Of a DNA stretch of 64,000 bases, positions 14,372 to 28,340 are shown piece after piece. The stretch is from positions 33,231,504 to 33,295,503 of the forward strand of contig OZ037765.1 in assembly GCA_964035545.1 (NCBI GenBank), given 5' to 3'. This DNA comes from Bugula neritina. Its lineage: Eukaryota > Animalia > Bryozoa. Each line of letters begins with the position of its first letter. The first letter of the stretch is position 1. The notes beneath the pieces were generated by a model. That model was not told where the DNA came from, did not search any database, and worked only from the letters and a program-made list of their open reading frames with translations. The translations under genes and the position numbers were made by a program.

Positions 14372-17300
14372 ATGTGCGACATTGACGTGTATACGACTCC
14401 AGTAGTGACCTTTGAAGGTGGCACATCATGCAAATGTTGCTTTAATAGACGCTTCAAGCGCAAACATTTCTATAGACGCTCTCACCTATACCAGGCATTC
14501 GCATTCCTAGTTATTGGGAGTTGTTTATTAAAGATTCCCTACGTTCAAGCCGAGCCTGACGATCCTGATTCACTTGGTGAGTTTGAGACGTCAAAGCATT
14601 CTATGATATCGAGTGATATTCAGCATTTATTTAGTAATGTTGAGTAACATATCATAATGATCTAGAAATTTATAATAATATTCAGCCATTATTGTATAGT
14701 ATTCATCTGGTATTGTGTAGTATTCATTTGTTATTATATAGCATTCATCTATTAAAATATGGTATTGATCTAGTAATATATAAAATAGTACTCATTTAGT
14801 AGTAACATAGAAATAAGTTTAGCAATCAAATATTAAACACTCTTCTAAACTCGTCAAGTTGCTAACTCAAAAGCTGCAGTACACTCTAACTATAATCTGA
14901 GTCATACTACTTCATTGATTTCATTCCTGTGTGATGTGAAGTGATTAGAATGATGAAAGAGAGTTCAAGGAGCTCAAAACTACTCATTGCTGTTACTGTG
15001 TTACATCACAAGTTGCTGTTTTCAGCGTCTCCAGCAGACAGTTCATCAAAACTTCTATTCAACAAGCCCTTGGATACAGAAGAGTCTAACGCAATATATT
15101 TCGAAATTCTTGAGCCCGTGACGTTACGATACACGTACAAATCTAGACCCGCACGCAACTTTGGGACATCCTTTGTAAGTCCATGTTCACTGAATGATCC
15201 TCTTTAATATGTAACAATAAAAACCTGCTAAGATGTAATTTGATTTGTAATGTTTCTGTAATTTCGTGCTTCAACCATGTTGCCGTTCAAGCTCACAAAG
15301 GTTGTAAATTTTGCTTATGCTGATACATTCCTTATATTGATACATTATTCCTTATGTTGACACATTATTCCCTATTTTGACACATATTATTCCTTATGTT
15401 GACACATTATTCCTATGTTAACACATTATTCTTTATGCTGACACATATTCTAGAACCAAAGCTACCAAAGTGTTGAGTTAGTAATAGGAGACCCTCTGAA
15501 CGGCTGCAGCGCTGTGAGCAATGCCCAGCAGATTCGAGGCAACAGCGTTCTCTTTCAGAGAGGGTAAGCAACTCCAACACAGACTAAATAAGTATATTTA
15601 ATACTCACACACACAGTATTTGTATGATGGCCTGCTGTAAAACTGTCTGTGTTTCATTTTGAAGTTGTTGACTCTTCATTTTTTTGACACTACTTATGTG
15701 TGCGAGTCAGATAGTATACCTACTACCTAGTAGCTAGGTCTAACTTTTTGGCTTTGAACTCAAGTTTGACATTGAATATGCCTTGCTGTTCGTTTGTAAC
15801 AATAATTTGCTAAGTTATTATAATCTGATACACAGAAGTAGTACTAAGTTGGTAACTGTCTGCATGTGACACACTGACAGTGTACTAGTAGTATTGCTAC
15901 TGTCATACCACACACTGAAAGTGTACTAGTAGTATTGCTACTGTCATACCACACACTGACAGTGTACTAGTAGTATTGCTACTGTATCACCACACACTGA
16001 CAGTGCACTAGTAGTATTGCTACTGTATCACCACACACTGACAGTGCACTAGTAGTATTGCTACTGTCATACCACACACTGAAAGTGTACTAGTAGTATT
16101 GCTACTGTCATACCACACACTGAAAGTGTACTAGTAGTATTGCTACTGTCATACCACACACTGACAGTGTACTAGTAGTATTGCTACTGTATCACCACAC
16201 ACTGAAAGTGTACTAGTAGTATTGCTACTGTCATACCACACACTGAAAGTGTACTAGTAGTATTGCTACTGTCATACCACACACTGACAGTGTACTAGTA
16301 GTATTGCTACTGTATCACCACACACTGAAAGTGTACTAGTAGTATTGCTACTGTCATACCACACACTGACAGTGTACTAGTAGTATTGCTACTGTATCAC
16401 CACACACTGAAAGTGTACTAGTAGTATTGCTACTGTCATACCACACACTGAAAGTGTACTAGTAGTATTGCTACTGTCATACCACACACTGACAGTGTAC
16501 TAGTAGTATTGCTACTGTATCACCACACACTGAAAGTGTACTAGTAGTATTGCTACTGTCATACCACACACTGACAGTGTACTAGTAGTATTGGTACTGT
16601 ATCACCACACACTGACAGTGTACTAGTAGTATTGCTACTGTATTACCACACACTGACAGTGTACTAGTAGTATTGCTACCGTATCACCACACACTGACAG
16701 TGTACTAGTAGTATTGGTACTGTATCACCACACACTGATAGTGTACTAGTAGTATCGCTACTGTATCACCACACACACTGACAGCGTACTAGTAGTATTG
16801 CTACTGTATCACCACACACTGACAGCGTACTAGTAGTATTGCTACTGTATTACCACACACTAGCTACTGTATCTGCAGAGACTGCTCCTTCCTCACCAAG
16901 GCAGTGGTGGCGCAGGAAGCCGGGGCTCTCTTTCTCATCATCACAGATAATGATCCGGGTAGCATGAGCACCAAGATAGACATGGTTCACGATGAAACGG
17001 GTCGGACTGTTAATATACCAGCCTTATTTATAGCAGGAAAAGATGGGTAAGCTGTTGTCAGTACTACCGTTTTCAAAAGTGTTAGTATATTCTGTTAGTC
17101 TATGGCAGGGCCGCAGGAATAGCGTACACCAGTGTTGGTAATGAGCTGTACGGTTCTACCAATACTTTTTTAGCAAATTATTTGTGTGAAATAATTTTTG
17201 CAAACAAAATTTTTTTATAAATCTTTGAAAAACCAATAATGGTGACTTGTTTCTACAATGTATTTCACACATTAGGTAACGGGTTTTAAAACTAGGATAC

Positions 17301-17605
17301 ACCATGAGCCTTCTTCCCTTTGCATTATTGTTCTGTTACTGCACTTATGAGAAATCAGTTTTATTTGTAAAATTCCTCTTGCTAATTTTATTATTTTTAA
17401 ATACATCTACCAGTTGAAGAGGATTGATTTGCTCACTAAATATATTGTTGACCTTGAACTTCAGGCGTGTTTTATTTCTAGGTTTATGATTCAAAAAGAA
17501 CTTAAAAAGTTGGAATATGGGAGTTTTGCTCTCCTCAACATACCAATAAACCTCACCAGTATACCGTATGACCAGAGGAAGGTGCCTCCTTGGAACATCG
17601 TGTAG
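14372..17605 (+). CDS. PRADC1: Protease-associated domain-containing protein 1, 5 exons
   Basis: Exons 14372-14576, 15026-15174, 15454-15563, 16879-17046, 17482-17605, phases consistent. Motifs YFEILEP, PARNFG, FQRGDCSFLTKA, NIPALFIAGKDGFMI, IPINLT...PPW match PRADC1. Confidence 0.92.
15314..15450 (+). repeat. Approx. 20 bp repeat TTATG(C/T)TGACACATTATTCC ending at the PRADC1 exon 3 acceptor
   Basis: About 7 copies. The last reads TTATGCTGACACATATTCTAG followed by the exon. Confidence 0.85.
15868..16872. repeat. 41 bp minisatellite, approx. 24 copies, filling most of PRADC1 intron 3
   Basis: Unit CACACACTGA(C/A)AGTGTACTAGTAGTATTGCTACTGT(CATAC/ATCAC). It runs into the acceptor CTACTGTATCTGCAG at 16878. 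Confidence 0.97.
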
Positions 17606-18126
17606 CAGACGGCGATATGGCTGCATACTATTTTTCCACGCGTGTTCTATATTGAATTAGGATTTATTCTCTCTTTCACTCGTTTGATAGCAATTCATTA
17701 TGTTGCTTTAATAAACATTTGCTTGTCCATCCATTAACATTCACTTTGTTTGACAATTCCGTTGTTATTTTGCAGTTGATTTATTGAAACTGTTTTATAT
17801 TTGTTTCTGACACAAAGTCACTGCAGCTGAACAGTGCTGCAGCTACTGGCATGAATGAAAATAAAATTAGACAATACTAATGATGTTGTCTTTTATTCGA
17901 ACAAATTATAGCTGAGGTATTCTAACGAATCTTTATTTAAACAATTTACACAGATTTACAAAAAGCTCTGAGCGTCTTAACTAATGTCCAGTTAAAAAAT
18001 TTCTAAAATTTTTCTATTTAAATGATTTTGAAAACAATTACACATACACTTTATCTGAATTTTAATGTAAAATTGAATTAGCTGTATACCAATATTTACA
18101 ACATATTACATTAAGTTCTGCACAGC

Positions 18127-19674
18127 TCAACGTTTCTTGAATCCATATTTCTTTCTTTCATAGAACAGGTCTGTCTTTGCACTTCCTAAGTTAACAATCT
18201 TGGGACATCCATCTCTCTGAAACACAAGATTTATCAACTAAGTAAATAGTTCAATGCATCTTATTGTATCGGTTGTCCAGATATAAAACCTCCAGATGTT
18301 TATTATAGATACAAGCAATGATGGCTGTACAGTATTTAGAGTAGATTACTAGAAAACCTCAGAGCCTGATGAAATGAAATATTTTTTAATACAGCCAAAA
18401 ATTTTTTTTTTAATATACTAAAATACCTTCAGAGAAATGCCTAGTTTTAAGATAGAGCTACTACATAATTAGACAAATATTTAAGACTTGCAGACATCTT
18501 TAGAAGTATATATTTTACTAAAAACACTGATACAAACTGCTATATGTAATAATATAATAGCTTGCAAACTCGTCTCACCTGTCAACTCTAGCATGAAAAG
18601 ACAACTAGCAAAAACATACTACTTTCTAAAAATATGTGATTACAGCATAAAATGATTTACAGTACAAGTACAGTACAGTAGAAGTTATTATATTTTGCAC
18701 TCTACAGTAAGTAAGGGAAGTAACTTACATCTTTCTCAGTCAGGGTACACTCTTTGCAGTAGTAGGCATCAGACACCCCAGGTCCACCACAGGTGACACA
18801 CCGACCTTGATATGATCCGTAGTTACATTCATCACATATCCTGACCAGTGTACATGGTCGCACGTAGGAATCACATATTACACATTTGCCATCACCTATC
18901 AATATAATCAATAATCAATCACCTATCCAACATAATAAATAATATATTACATAACTAGCAATACACCTAGATATGTTAAAATTACTGCAGCAGATAATTT
19001 AATATGCAGACAGCAGCTGTGGGAGTTTGACGAGTAAAATTGATGAAAAAGATTTGGTTCAACTTAAGTATGGTTCGCTTTTACCCACAAACACATGAAT
19101 AGCAATGACAGTCAAAGTGTAAAAGTAAATACATGTTGAAGCTGTATAGAACTGTGTGCGGACAGAACAAGAATGAATTTATATGATAACAGGGGAAAAA
19201 TATTATGAAAGAAATGTTACAGTTTAAAAGAATGAAAGGCACAACTTCTAATTGCTTAAACTTTATTTACTACCAGTACTAGTTTAATTTAGTTTTATAT
19301 TGTAGTATGTACTGTAGGGTAAATTTAGCAGCAGCTGAAAGATTAAATTTTATTTGATATACTGTAACTTTTTTGTTCCATTTTACTAGCACTTCCACCA
19401 CTTAAAAATTGTATACTTACATTTCTCACAGACTCGGCCAATCGCTGAAAAATATCAAAACAATATTACAACACAAATTAACTTTGTTTATGAGCAATTG
19501 GTAACTAACTGAAGCAGCAACTAATTGATGACCCTGTGATGTGGAAAAAAGTAGAAATATAAATAGAATAAATCCTATCTATTTAAAAAAGAAACATTTA
19601 CATTCTAAAAGAGGTCACTTACCAACTCCTGGTTGTTTTCTACAGAATATCAAATCTGGATGATGCTTTGCCAT
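18127..19674 (-). CDS. PHF5A: PHD finger-like domain protein 5A (SF3b component), 4 exons
   Basis: [17 protein letters not shown] (19674-19623), AIGRVCEKC (19444-19421), [32 protein letters not shown]... (approx. 18896-18730), [29 protein letters not shown] (approx. 18216-18127). Near-invariant PHF5A sequence. Confidence 0.98.
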
Positions 19675-20960
19675 CGAGATTCGGGACAGAAATAGATGTA
19701 GATAAGTTGGTCTAAAATCTGCAAATACATTTAGTTCCAATATTCATTCCCTTCGAATTTATTGTTTTTATAGTTATTCTTACTTGGTCGAGAAAAGAAA
19801 ACCATCACAAACACCTATACAATTTTGAAATGTTAATGTATAGATAATAGATTGATTTATAGTTATGCTAATAGGTAAAAGATTGTCACTTTTACATCTA
19901 GTTCAAGTGTCACAAGCCATAAGAATACTTATAGTATTAGGCCTAGTTATACTATACAATAAGAAACTGTAGATTGTAGAAGGTTGTATTTATATTACTT
20001 CAATTTGAGTCAAGTTTTTTATTTCAGGTTTCGTAATCTAAAAGTAAATACAGTTAAACTTATTTAATTATACCTTATTAACGCGATACATTAAATTTAA
20101 TGATACAATATTACGGTGAGTACGAAAACTTTATGCTTCCAGTTCCAGGGATAGTCACAATTTTAGTGATAGATATACTTATACTTATAGTTATACAGCT
20201 ATACTCATATTGATATTCAATTTCATAGTCATAGTGATAGTAATTACTGAGAATGACATACATACTCACACTCATAGTGACACGGATAATCATAATCATA
20301 CTGATACTCGTACTGATATTCATATTGATAGTATTACTATTAATATAAATATAAGTATTACTATTAGTATTACTGACTCACAGTCTATTACTAGTAGTAT
20401 TAGTATTACTAATACTATTAGTATTACTATTAAGTATTAGTACTAGTATTACCTCCAGTTACCTCCAGATTACGATCATGCTAGACCACTAGGTAGCAGA
20501 AGCGGCATGCCTCATATGTTTACGGTTGGTCAGACAATTAGACTATTACTATTATTATTAGTATAACTATAAGTTTTTGTTAATGTTATACTCATCTATC
20601 ATTATCACTATGATTATCATACTATAAGTTTAAGTATAAGTATAACTATAACTATAAGTATAAGTATAACTATAACTATAATCATAACAAATTAAACAAG
20701 GTGAAATTGGTAGGAATAATACCAGACAGTAAATTAAAAACACAGTGATTATGATAAATACACAAATAAGTAATAACTTAAAAAGAGAAGTCAAAGAGTA
20801 TCAGAAGCAGCTCTCTTTACACAATTTGAATTACAATCTCTTTCACTTTCTTCGCGAAAATACGAATTACTACAAATACATCCTCGTTAGTTTTATGTAC
20901 CGAGTTCTACAGAAAAAAGAAGCCCAATATTCTAGGTTTCCTGGCTAATGTAGTCAAACC

Positions 20961-21016
20961 CACTGAGCTCGAAAAGTTAATATTTTTGAGTTCATTGGTT
21001 TATTCCAGCTCAGTGG
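20961..21016. mobile_element. Approx. 55 bp P-type mini element / footprint
   Basis: CACTGAGCT...AGCTCAGTG inverted ends flanked by direct GTCAAACC (20953-20960, 21017-21024). The sequence is homologous to 34431-34477. Confidence 0.65.
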
Positions 21017-21338
21017 GTCAAACCTGTAACTTTAGAAAGATAACTCTAGAATTTCAACACGCGCATACAATAGTCCGAAATTTACGGTTTAGTGTAACAA
21101 TTAACATTGAATAAACTAGCAACGCAATTTTCAAGCTGGCACATGTTCCAAACTAGCAGGTTTTCACAACTCAGTCTCATGCGTTGATTGTACCACTCAC
21201 AGTCACTTGTATATTAACGTTAACTCAGGTCGTAGACGTATTTATATTGTAATTACTCATAGTGAGTCATCGCAAGCAAGAATTTTTTCCAGTTTTATAG
21301 TTTACTAATATTAGTTTATAAATATTTTTTTGGAAAAC

Positions 21339-24300
21339 ATGGCTTCTAAAGATGCATTGGACAAAGAAGTAGAACTAGAGGAGGGAGAGAAAAGCACCAC
21401 GTTCAAATCATTGGTTGGTAAACCAAAACTAATTAATAATTAATTTATAATAATTCTATTAGTATTTGCCTAAACTATATGTATACCTGTAAAACTAAAA
21501 GGAGATTAGACTTGGTAATACTAATACTAATAGTAATAGTATAACTATTTGTATTACGGTTAGTAATGCTAATGTTAGTATTAGTATTACATTTACTACA
21601 AGTACAAGTATTACTATTACTATTAGTATTACTATTACTAATAGTAATACTAATAGTATTAGTATTAGTATAACTATAACTAATTCACTTTCAGTAATAC
21701 TCTAAATTCTAATAGTAATAGTAATAATTACACTTACTCTTAGAGTTAGTGTTATAGTTATAGTAATACTAATATGAAGTTAAATTGCTCATTTATAATA
21801 ATATTTCTAATTATTGTTATATTACTAATATTAGTATTACTATTTGTATTACTGTATTAGACTTACTCTTATTTTTAGTCTTGCTCTTGAAGTTAATTTG
21901 GGTGTTGTGATGTGATCTGAATTATTATCATTTATCTGGTTATGATTACTTATAGTTATAACATATATGAATTTCAATATATCATTGTGATTGTCTGTGA
22001 TCTCTTATTCTTCCTGTGGAAAGCTGCCTAGGAATACCTTAAAAATTTAAAAATTAAATTGTGGAAAGTTTGTTGGTTCTCTTCTCTTAGCAAATCAAGT
22101 TTTAGTGATTGACTTTTTTGATTTTGTTAGCTCATCATTATCATTATGATAATACTTATAGCCACTCTTGCCATCAGATTTAGCCAATTAACCTTACCAT
22201 AACTATAAATATCAGTTTTACTATTAGTGTTAGTGTGATTGTGAATGTCAGTCTAACAACTACTGCTTTTTACAATCGCCATAAATTACCTTGATTGTGA
22301 CCATGGGCATGTTTCAGTGTCCATGAATTTGAAATTATTATCAATTTATTGATAGTGAGTATTGGAATTATTGTTAAACATAATTAGAGGATGATCACTC
22401 GATGAGGCTCGGCAATTTAGTTGTGTCAAAAGCAACTATCCTAGTTAGTTATATTAGCTAACTTCAATCTACATGTTGAATTTTTTTAAAAAGTAACAAT
22501 ATTATAGAGTGTGGTATATACCTAGAGTAATAAACAATCATTTTATCTCTGAAACTGCTATAGTTTTGTGGTTTTATAATACAACCCAGTGATTTTATCA
22601 TAAATGCTGGTTTTAAATTTATTTCGCCAAATATCAAATGAAAGCATCTTATAAAAATAAATAAATAAATTGAGTTGTGCTACCTCCAAAGTAACTTGAC
22701 GCCAGTCACGCGTTTTGTGCTATCATTTTGTCCTGATTGATGAGTTGAACTGTCACTAGATTCAGTAGTGTCTAATTTTTGATAATGCTTGCCTTTTACT
22801 TTCTTGTGCTTATAAGTTTTGTTAGAGCCTTTACTGTCACAAGGATACAAACGACAATGGTGGTCAGGGTATTCATGGTAAGCTGTGCTCTGGTTATTAC
22901 AGGCTGTTCCCGGTGTAGTTCGGGTTTTCCTCTGATATTTAGAGTTGTTGTTAGAGTTGAGATGTGTTACGGGCAGCAACTGCTGACCTCTGTTGTCTAT
23001 CAGAGCGTACTTCATTTTGTTGTTAGTCCGGCAGCAACAGATGCAGGCGAGTATCACCAGTGCCAGTAAGATGGCCGACATTGATGACAGCACCAGAATT
23101 ATTATTATTGCTGATGAGCTGCTTGTGAGATTGTTTAGTCTCTTTAGTATTGTATCTACTCTGTTTCTGATAGTGTTGTCACTTACGGTGTCTTGTATGG
23201 TGTCTTCTGTATGCATAGGATAGCCTTCTGCTAGAGTATGTCCAACTATGTGGTCATGGTTAGTCTGCTTCACTCCATTTGCTGCTATTTTTATTTTCTT
23301 ATCTTCTTTGGATGCCGGAGCGCATAAGGCCCACGTCGGTGTACTTCCAGCCCAATAACCGTCACCTTTGCATGTGGCTGTTAAGTCACTAAATAATGGA
23401 CTCGTGCATCGTAGCTTACATTCCGTTCCAACTCTCACCTTTTGTTGTAACACACACGCCTCTGGCTCCCATGTTGCTCTCGCAGATTTTATTTTCTCAC
23501 GAATGAATTTAGTTTCGCAAGTAACTGACTTACAAAAGAGTGGTTTCGGGTTCCATTCTCGGGCAATGTTGCCGTATTGCGGTCGTCTATCTACACATTC
23601 AATTCGACTGGAGGTGCCACTAAGGGCGGAAGTGCCGTAGCGACACTTGGAGTTACAGGTTGTCCCTCTTGGATACCCTAACTTCCCTATTGGCTTGTCT
23701 GAACACTTCCACTCTATCTGTAACTCATCACTGGAGATGACGGGCTGCAAACACACGTCTTCATAGAATGTCCGTTTATCATGATCAGCCACACGGTTTT
23801 GGTGAAAGTTCACGATGTACTTTGCTTCCAGTGTGTTCACACTGTGTAGCAGGAAAGAGTACACTTGTATGATGAATCTCATGCTTTCACCTTCTAGTTT
23901 CATAATGTCACTGTTTTTCTGAAAAATCTTCACGTATAACACAATGTAATTACTTTGTTATGTCCAACAATCTTCATAGCATATAATATGTAATATTTTC
24001 CATTGTATTTGCTCTCCTTGTGAACATTTCATATTGTCCCTTGATTTTAGGGTGTATTGGATGTGTTGTGTGAAGCTTGTGAACAGCTTAAATGGAAAAC
24101 TCCATCAAAGATACAAGTGGAGGCCATACCAGTTGCTTTGGCAGGTATGTTAGGAAAGTAATAGTGAACACACAGTGGTAGTATAAAAATATTATACTAT
24201 AGTCATAGTGAATACACAGTGGTAGTATATAAACATTATATTGTAGTAATAGTGAATACACAGTGGTAGTATATAAACATTATATTGTAGTAATAGTGAA

Positions 24301-27300
24301 TACACAGTGGTAGTATATAAACATTATATTGTAGTAATAGTGAATACACAGTGGTAGTATATAAATATTATATGCAGTGAGTATTTAGTGTACAAGTTTT
24401 ACTTTATTTTAAGCGTTTTTCCTTTTTGCGCCAACTGTATTTATCTTAAGAAACATTCCAATATGAAAGTGGCATAAAACTTGAAGTGTCAAGACTTAAA
24501 ATTGTACATGTAACCTTGACCTTGTATTTAGCACATCAAGCTGTTACATTGCATGTTGTAAACAGGAAATGACATCATTGGTCTGGCTGAAACCGGGTCA
24601 GGGAAGACCGGAGCGTTTGCTCTGCCAATCCTGCAGGCGTTGCTGGAGACACCTCAGAAGTTGTTTGCTCTCATTCTTACTCCAACCAGAGAACTGGCTT
24701 ACCAGATCTCTGAGCAGTTTGAAGCTCTGGGGGCCACCATAGGCATCAAGTGTGGTGAGTGGATCAGTCAGCCAATAGTATATCATGAGTAAATCAGTTA
24801 GCCAATCATATCGCACGTGTCAATCAGTTAGCCAATCGTATCGCATGTGTGATTCAGTCAGCCAATAGTATCGCATGTGTGATTCAGTCAGCCAATAGTA
24901 TCGCATGTGTCCATCAGTGGTGTGAGGAGATTATTCCCATCAGCTACATCTAATGACTGCCATGTAATACCATTAATATTTAAGTGGTTTTACCATAATA
25001 CAATTTTACAAACTAAGTTTCCAATATAATATTTTATTTGTCTCAACTCTGTTAGCTTGATTTATATTGAATTAGCTAATTGAGTCTTCTAAATCACTCA
25101 ATCTCTTTCTCGTGTATGTTCATTTATGTTATGTTAGGACAAAAGTATTTAACAAATTAAGTTCATTTTCATTTTAAGGAAATCTATAAAACAAATATTG
25201 GTTAGTATTCATAATTTTGTACTAAATTTTATGTTAATTTTTACACAGATGAAATTGCTAGTTTTCACCTTAAAAATTCCCTGTTTTTACCGTGAAATGA
25301 GAATGAAACTTTGCTTCTAACTTGGTTGCTTTTCAAGTGACAATGGGAACATAAGCTAAAATATATCTCCCTTCTGTATTATGTGGTACTTGACATATTT
25401 GTAGCCGTGATTGTGGGTGGCATGGACATGGTATCACAGGCTATGGCCCTGGCTAAGAAACCTCATGTAATAATTGGTGAGTATCCGTGACAGGTTGTAC
25501 TGCTGGGAGTGTGTGAGTTATACACTAACAGTATTAGTCGTACACTAACAGTATCAGTCGTACACTAGCAGTATCAGTCGTACACTAACAGTATCAGTCG
25601 TACACTCACAGTACGAATGATGAATACAATAGCCAACTGTTAAATGATCCCAACGTCTATTTCATGTTTTTAATAGGTTTTTTATTGAAATGGAACGCAA
25701 ATTTAGAAAACTTAAAGTATGATATCTAATGACAATACAAGTTGCTAACACCAGATAATATTGCATAGTTTTTCAGACTACCCATGCTTTTATTTGACAT
25801 GTTGATATAAGGTGTTTGGTGTATTACCTCGTGGTTACTGAGAGCCGAGGCTTTTAAACTTCTCCGTACTGAAATCATTCTGCACCCAGGTTCTGTGTCT
25901 CAGCTTGCTGTGTGGACTGTCTAAAACAGCTGGTTCTATTTTTAGCAACACCTGGTAGACTAGCAGATCATCTGGAGAATACGAAAGGTTTCAACTTGCG
26001 AAGTCTGAAATATTTAGTGAGTATTATTCTTCTGCTGTTTGATATTTACAGTATCTGTGTTGACATCAAATATGATGTCTTAGTTGGTTATTATTAGGGT
26101 AGTGCTCCCCATGTTCCATGTAATAATAAAATATGGTGGCAATAAAATTGGAATATTACCTATTGTCAGATGACCTATGATGTCATAATGTTGTCTGTTG
26201 CTAGGTGATGGATGAAGCTGATAGAATTCTGAACATGGATTTTGAGTCCGAAGTAGACAAAATTCTCAAGTCGATACCGAAGGAGAGGCGAACGTACCTC
26301 TACTCTGCCACCATGACCAAGAAGGTGCAGAAGCTACAGAGAGCCTCTCTGAAGGACCCGGTCAAGGTTGAAGTGTCCAACAAGTACCAGACTGTAGACA
26401 AACTACAGCAGTTTTACATATTCATTCCAGCCAAGTACAAGGTGAGCTGGAGTTGTCTAACCTTCTCGTGTGTATATCTTTAAACTATAGCTACTATAGT
26501 CTATACAATACTATATTGTACTGTGCTGTTCATTATACAATATACACTATACTGTACAGTACACTATACTACATTATACAGTATGCTATACTGTATAATG
26601 TACTATACTATATACACTATACTATACAGTATACTATATACTACACTATACTACATTATACAGTATGCTATACTGTATAATGTACTATACTGTATACTAT
26701 ACTATACTATATAGTATACTATATACTACACTATACTATATTATACTGAAATACTGTGTTTCAGGACACATACCTCGTCTACATACTGAATGAATTAGCT
26801 GGTAATTCTTGTATCTTGTTCTGCGCTACTTGTGCCAACACACAGAGGGTCTCCCACATGCTTAGGAATCTCGGGCTAACAGCCATACCCCTCAATGGAC
26901 AGATGCAACAGGTGAGGAACTTAGACTAACCTTATCCTCGTCACTAACCATAACCTGTATTCAGGAACTGAGCCGGTATGCTTGAGTGAATCAGCCATTT
27001 GTGTTGTGTCACTGGTGTTGTAAGGATAGGCGTGTTGCTTTCTGTTTGGATCATTTAAGTGAGCATGTCCTCTCACCCTTTTGGGGTTCAGTGAAAGCAA
27101 TACCAGCTTCGGATATTTTGAAAATACAACCTGACTTTAAGAGCAGTCGAGAAATATTATGCTAATTATTGACTAGATGATTGAGTTTACTCACAAGGAC
27201 TGATACAGTTGCTGTGAAAAGTTGTTCTCTCCATGTTTTGACTGTAAAGTTCTTCTGATCCGTTTCCAGGCTAAGAGGTTAGGAGCTCTGAATAAGTTCA

Positions 27301-27407
27301 AGGCTAAAGCCAGGTCTATCCTCATAGCAACAGACGTGGCCAGCAGGTTTGTACTTCCCACTACTCTAGTTGGCTGACTGGCCTAATACACTGTATACTA
27401 CTAGTTG

Positions 27408-27444
<37 letters not shown>

Positions 27445-27568
27445 CACTACTACTACTACTAGTACTACTACTACTACTACTACTACTAGCTACTACTACT
27501 ACTACTAGTACTATTACTACTACTACTACTACTACTAGTACTACTACTACTACTACTACTACTACTAG

Positions 27569-27655
<87 letters not shown>

Positions 27656-27675
27656 CACTACTACTACTACTACTA

Positions 27676-27706
<31 letters not shown>

Positions 27707-27832
27707 CACTACTACTACTACTACTACCACTACTACTACTACTAGTACTACTACTACTACTAGCTACTACTACTACTACTACCACTACTACTACTACTAG
27801 TACTACTACTACTACTACTACTACTAGTACTA

Positions 27833-27886
<54 letters not shown>

Positions 27887-28121
27887 GCTACTACTACTAC
27901 TACTACTACTAGTACTACTACTACTACTACTACCACTACTACTACTACTAGTACTACTACTACTACTACTACTACTACTAGTACTACTACTACTACTACT
28001 ACTAGTACTACTACTACTACTAGTACTACTACTACTACTACTACTACTAGTACTACTACTACTACTACTACTACTACTACCACTACTACTACTACTAGTA
28101 CTACTACTACTACTACTACTA

Positions 28122-28185
<64 letters not shown>

Positions 28186-28215
28186 CACTACCACTACTAC
28201 TACTACTACTACTAG

Positions 28216-28248
<33 letters not shown>

Positions 28249-28250
28249 CA

Positions 28251-28287
<37 letters not shown>

Positions 28288-28305
28288 CACTACTACTACT
28301 ACTAG

Positions 28306-28340
<35 letters not shown>

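Noticed and set aside
15868-16872. Regular array resembling CRISPR
   Set aside because: Head-to-tail 41 bp units with no unique spacers, inside a eukaryotic intron, and no cas genes.
22779-23640. Plus-strand ORFs overlapping the nested gene
   Set aside because: Antisense shadows of the 420-codon minus-strand ORF.
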